NCBI GenBank assembly: GCA_032718475.1 | Contig: JAUCBJ010007443.1 | Coordinates: 25,500 to 89,499 of the forward strand | Direction: 5' to 3' | Length of the DNA stretch: 64,000 nucleotides | From: Nemertoderma westbladi | Lineage: Eukaryota; Animalia; Xenacoelomorpha | Shown: positions 63,801-64,000 of the stretch, in pieces | Layout: every line of letters starts with the position of its first letter | Position numbering within the stretch: position 1 is the stretch's first letter | Notes under the pieces: model-generated | What the model saw: only the letters and a program-made list of their open reading frames with translations | Told to the model about the DNA's origin: nothing | Database searches by the model: none | Program-made: the position numbers and the translations under genes

Positions 63801-64000
63801 GTAATAAAGTAAGTAAAGTAACAAAGTAACCCTAAAGTAACAGAAATTCAATTATTTGAAATAATTGATATACCGGTATTTACGATAGGCCTATTATCTT
63901 TATTTCTATAAATCTATGCTGAAATTATACCGGTACTTGTAATTAATTCTATTTCAGAATTATATATACTACAAACTGTAAGCTGTATACCGGTATTCCG
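60855..64000 (+). mobile_element. LTR/leader-like interspersed repeat, copy 2 (runs off the window end)
   Basis: Starts with TGTAAA. Collinear but clearly diverged homologue of 36953-37413 + 39801-42125 + 47751-47845. Confidence 0.9.
62366..62935. repeat. ~288-bp tandem duplication specific to repeat copy 2
   Basis: AAGTCGCACTACTGGGTTAGAGCGCATACTCCCTAATCATTTCGGAGTCTGCAT at 62501 and 62789. Single copy in copy 1 (~40850-41140). Confidence 0.92.

Noticed and set aside
36953-64000. The two TGTAAA repeats as the paired 5' and 3' LTRs of one BEL insertion
   Set aside because: They look much more diverged than the modestly decayed gag-pol would imply. Copy 2 interrupts an RTE rather than following the PPT, which lies 4.6 kb upstream.

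Overview
Eukaryotic (metazoan-like, AT-rich) genomic DNA; nothing prokaryotic is visible. Bases 1-30913 are a 61-bp tandem satellite of roughly 490 units, split by a 1.34-kb hAT-like non-autonomous insertion with an 8-bp target-site duplication (TSD). The giant + strand ORFs over the array come from a stop-free monomer and are not called as genes. The only host-gene signal is a 49-codon EF-hand exon on the - strand (32760-32906, Rab11-FIP3/4-like) ending in a GTAAGT donor, so the satellite probably lies in its intron. From about 34.6 kb to the end the window is a nest of retroelements. It contains a decayed CR1/L2-type LINE, two diverged copies of a ~3-kb TGT-starting non-coding LTR/leader repeat, two RTE LINEs, a 5'-truncated LINE split at its YADD motif by an intact two-ORF RTE-X-like LINE, a decayed BEL/Pao gag-pol, and a short-LTR element fragment. 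The most unusual signals are satellite variants that repeatedly create perfect palindromes inside a ~20-bp variable window, a large excess of TACCGGTA/TAGGCCTA octamers next to a CCGG-flanked MITE, and a BEL/Pao element whose two ends do not match. All of this was read by eye, with no database searches; family assignments come from recalled motifs.
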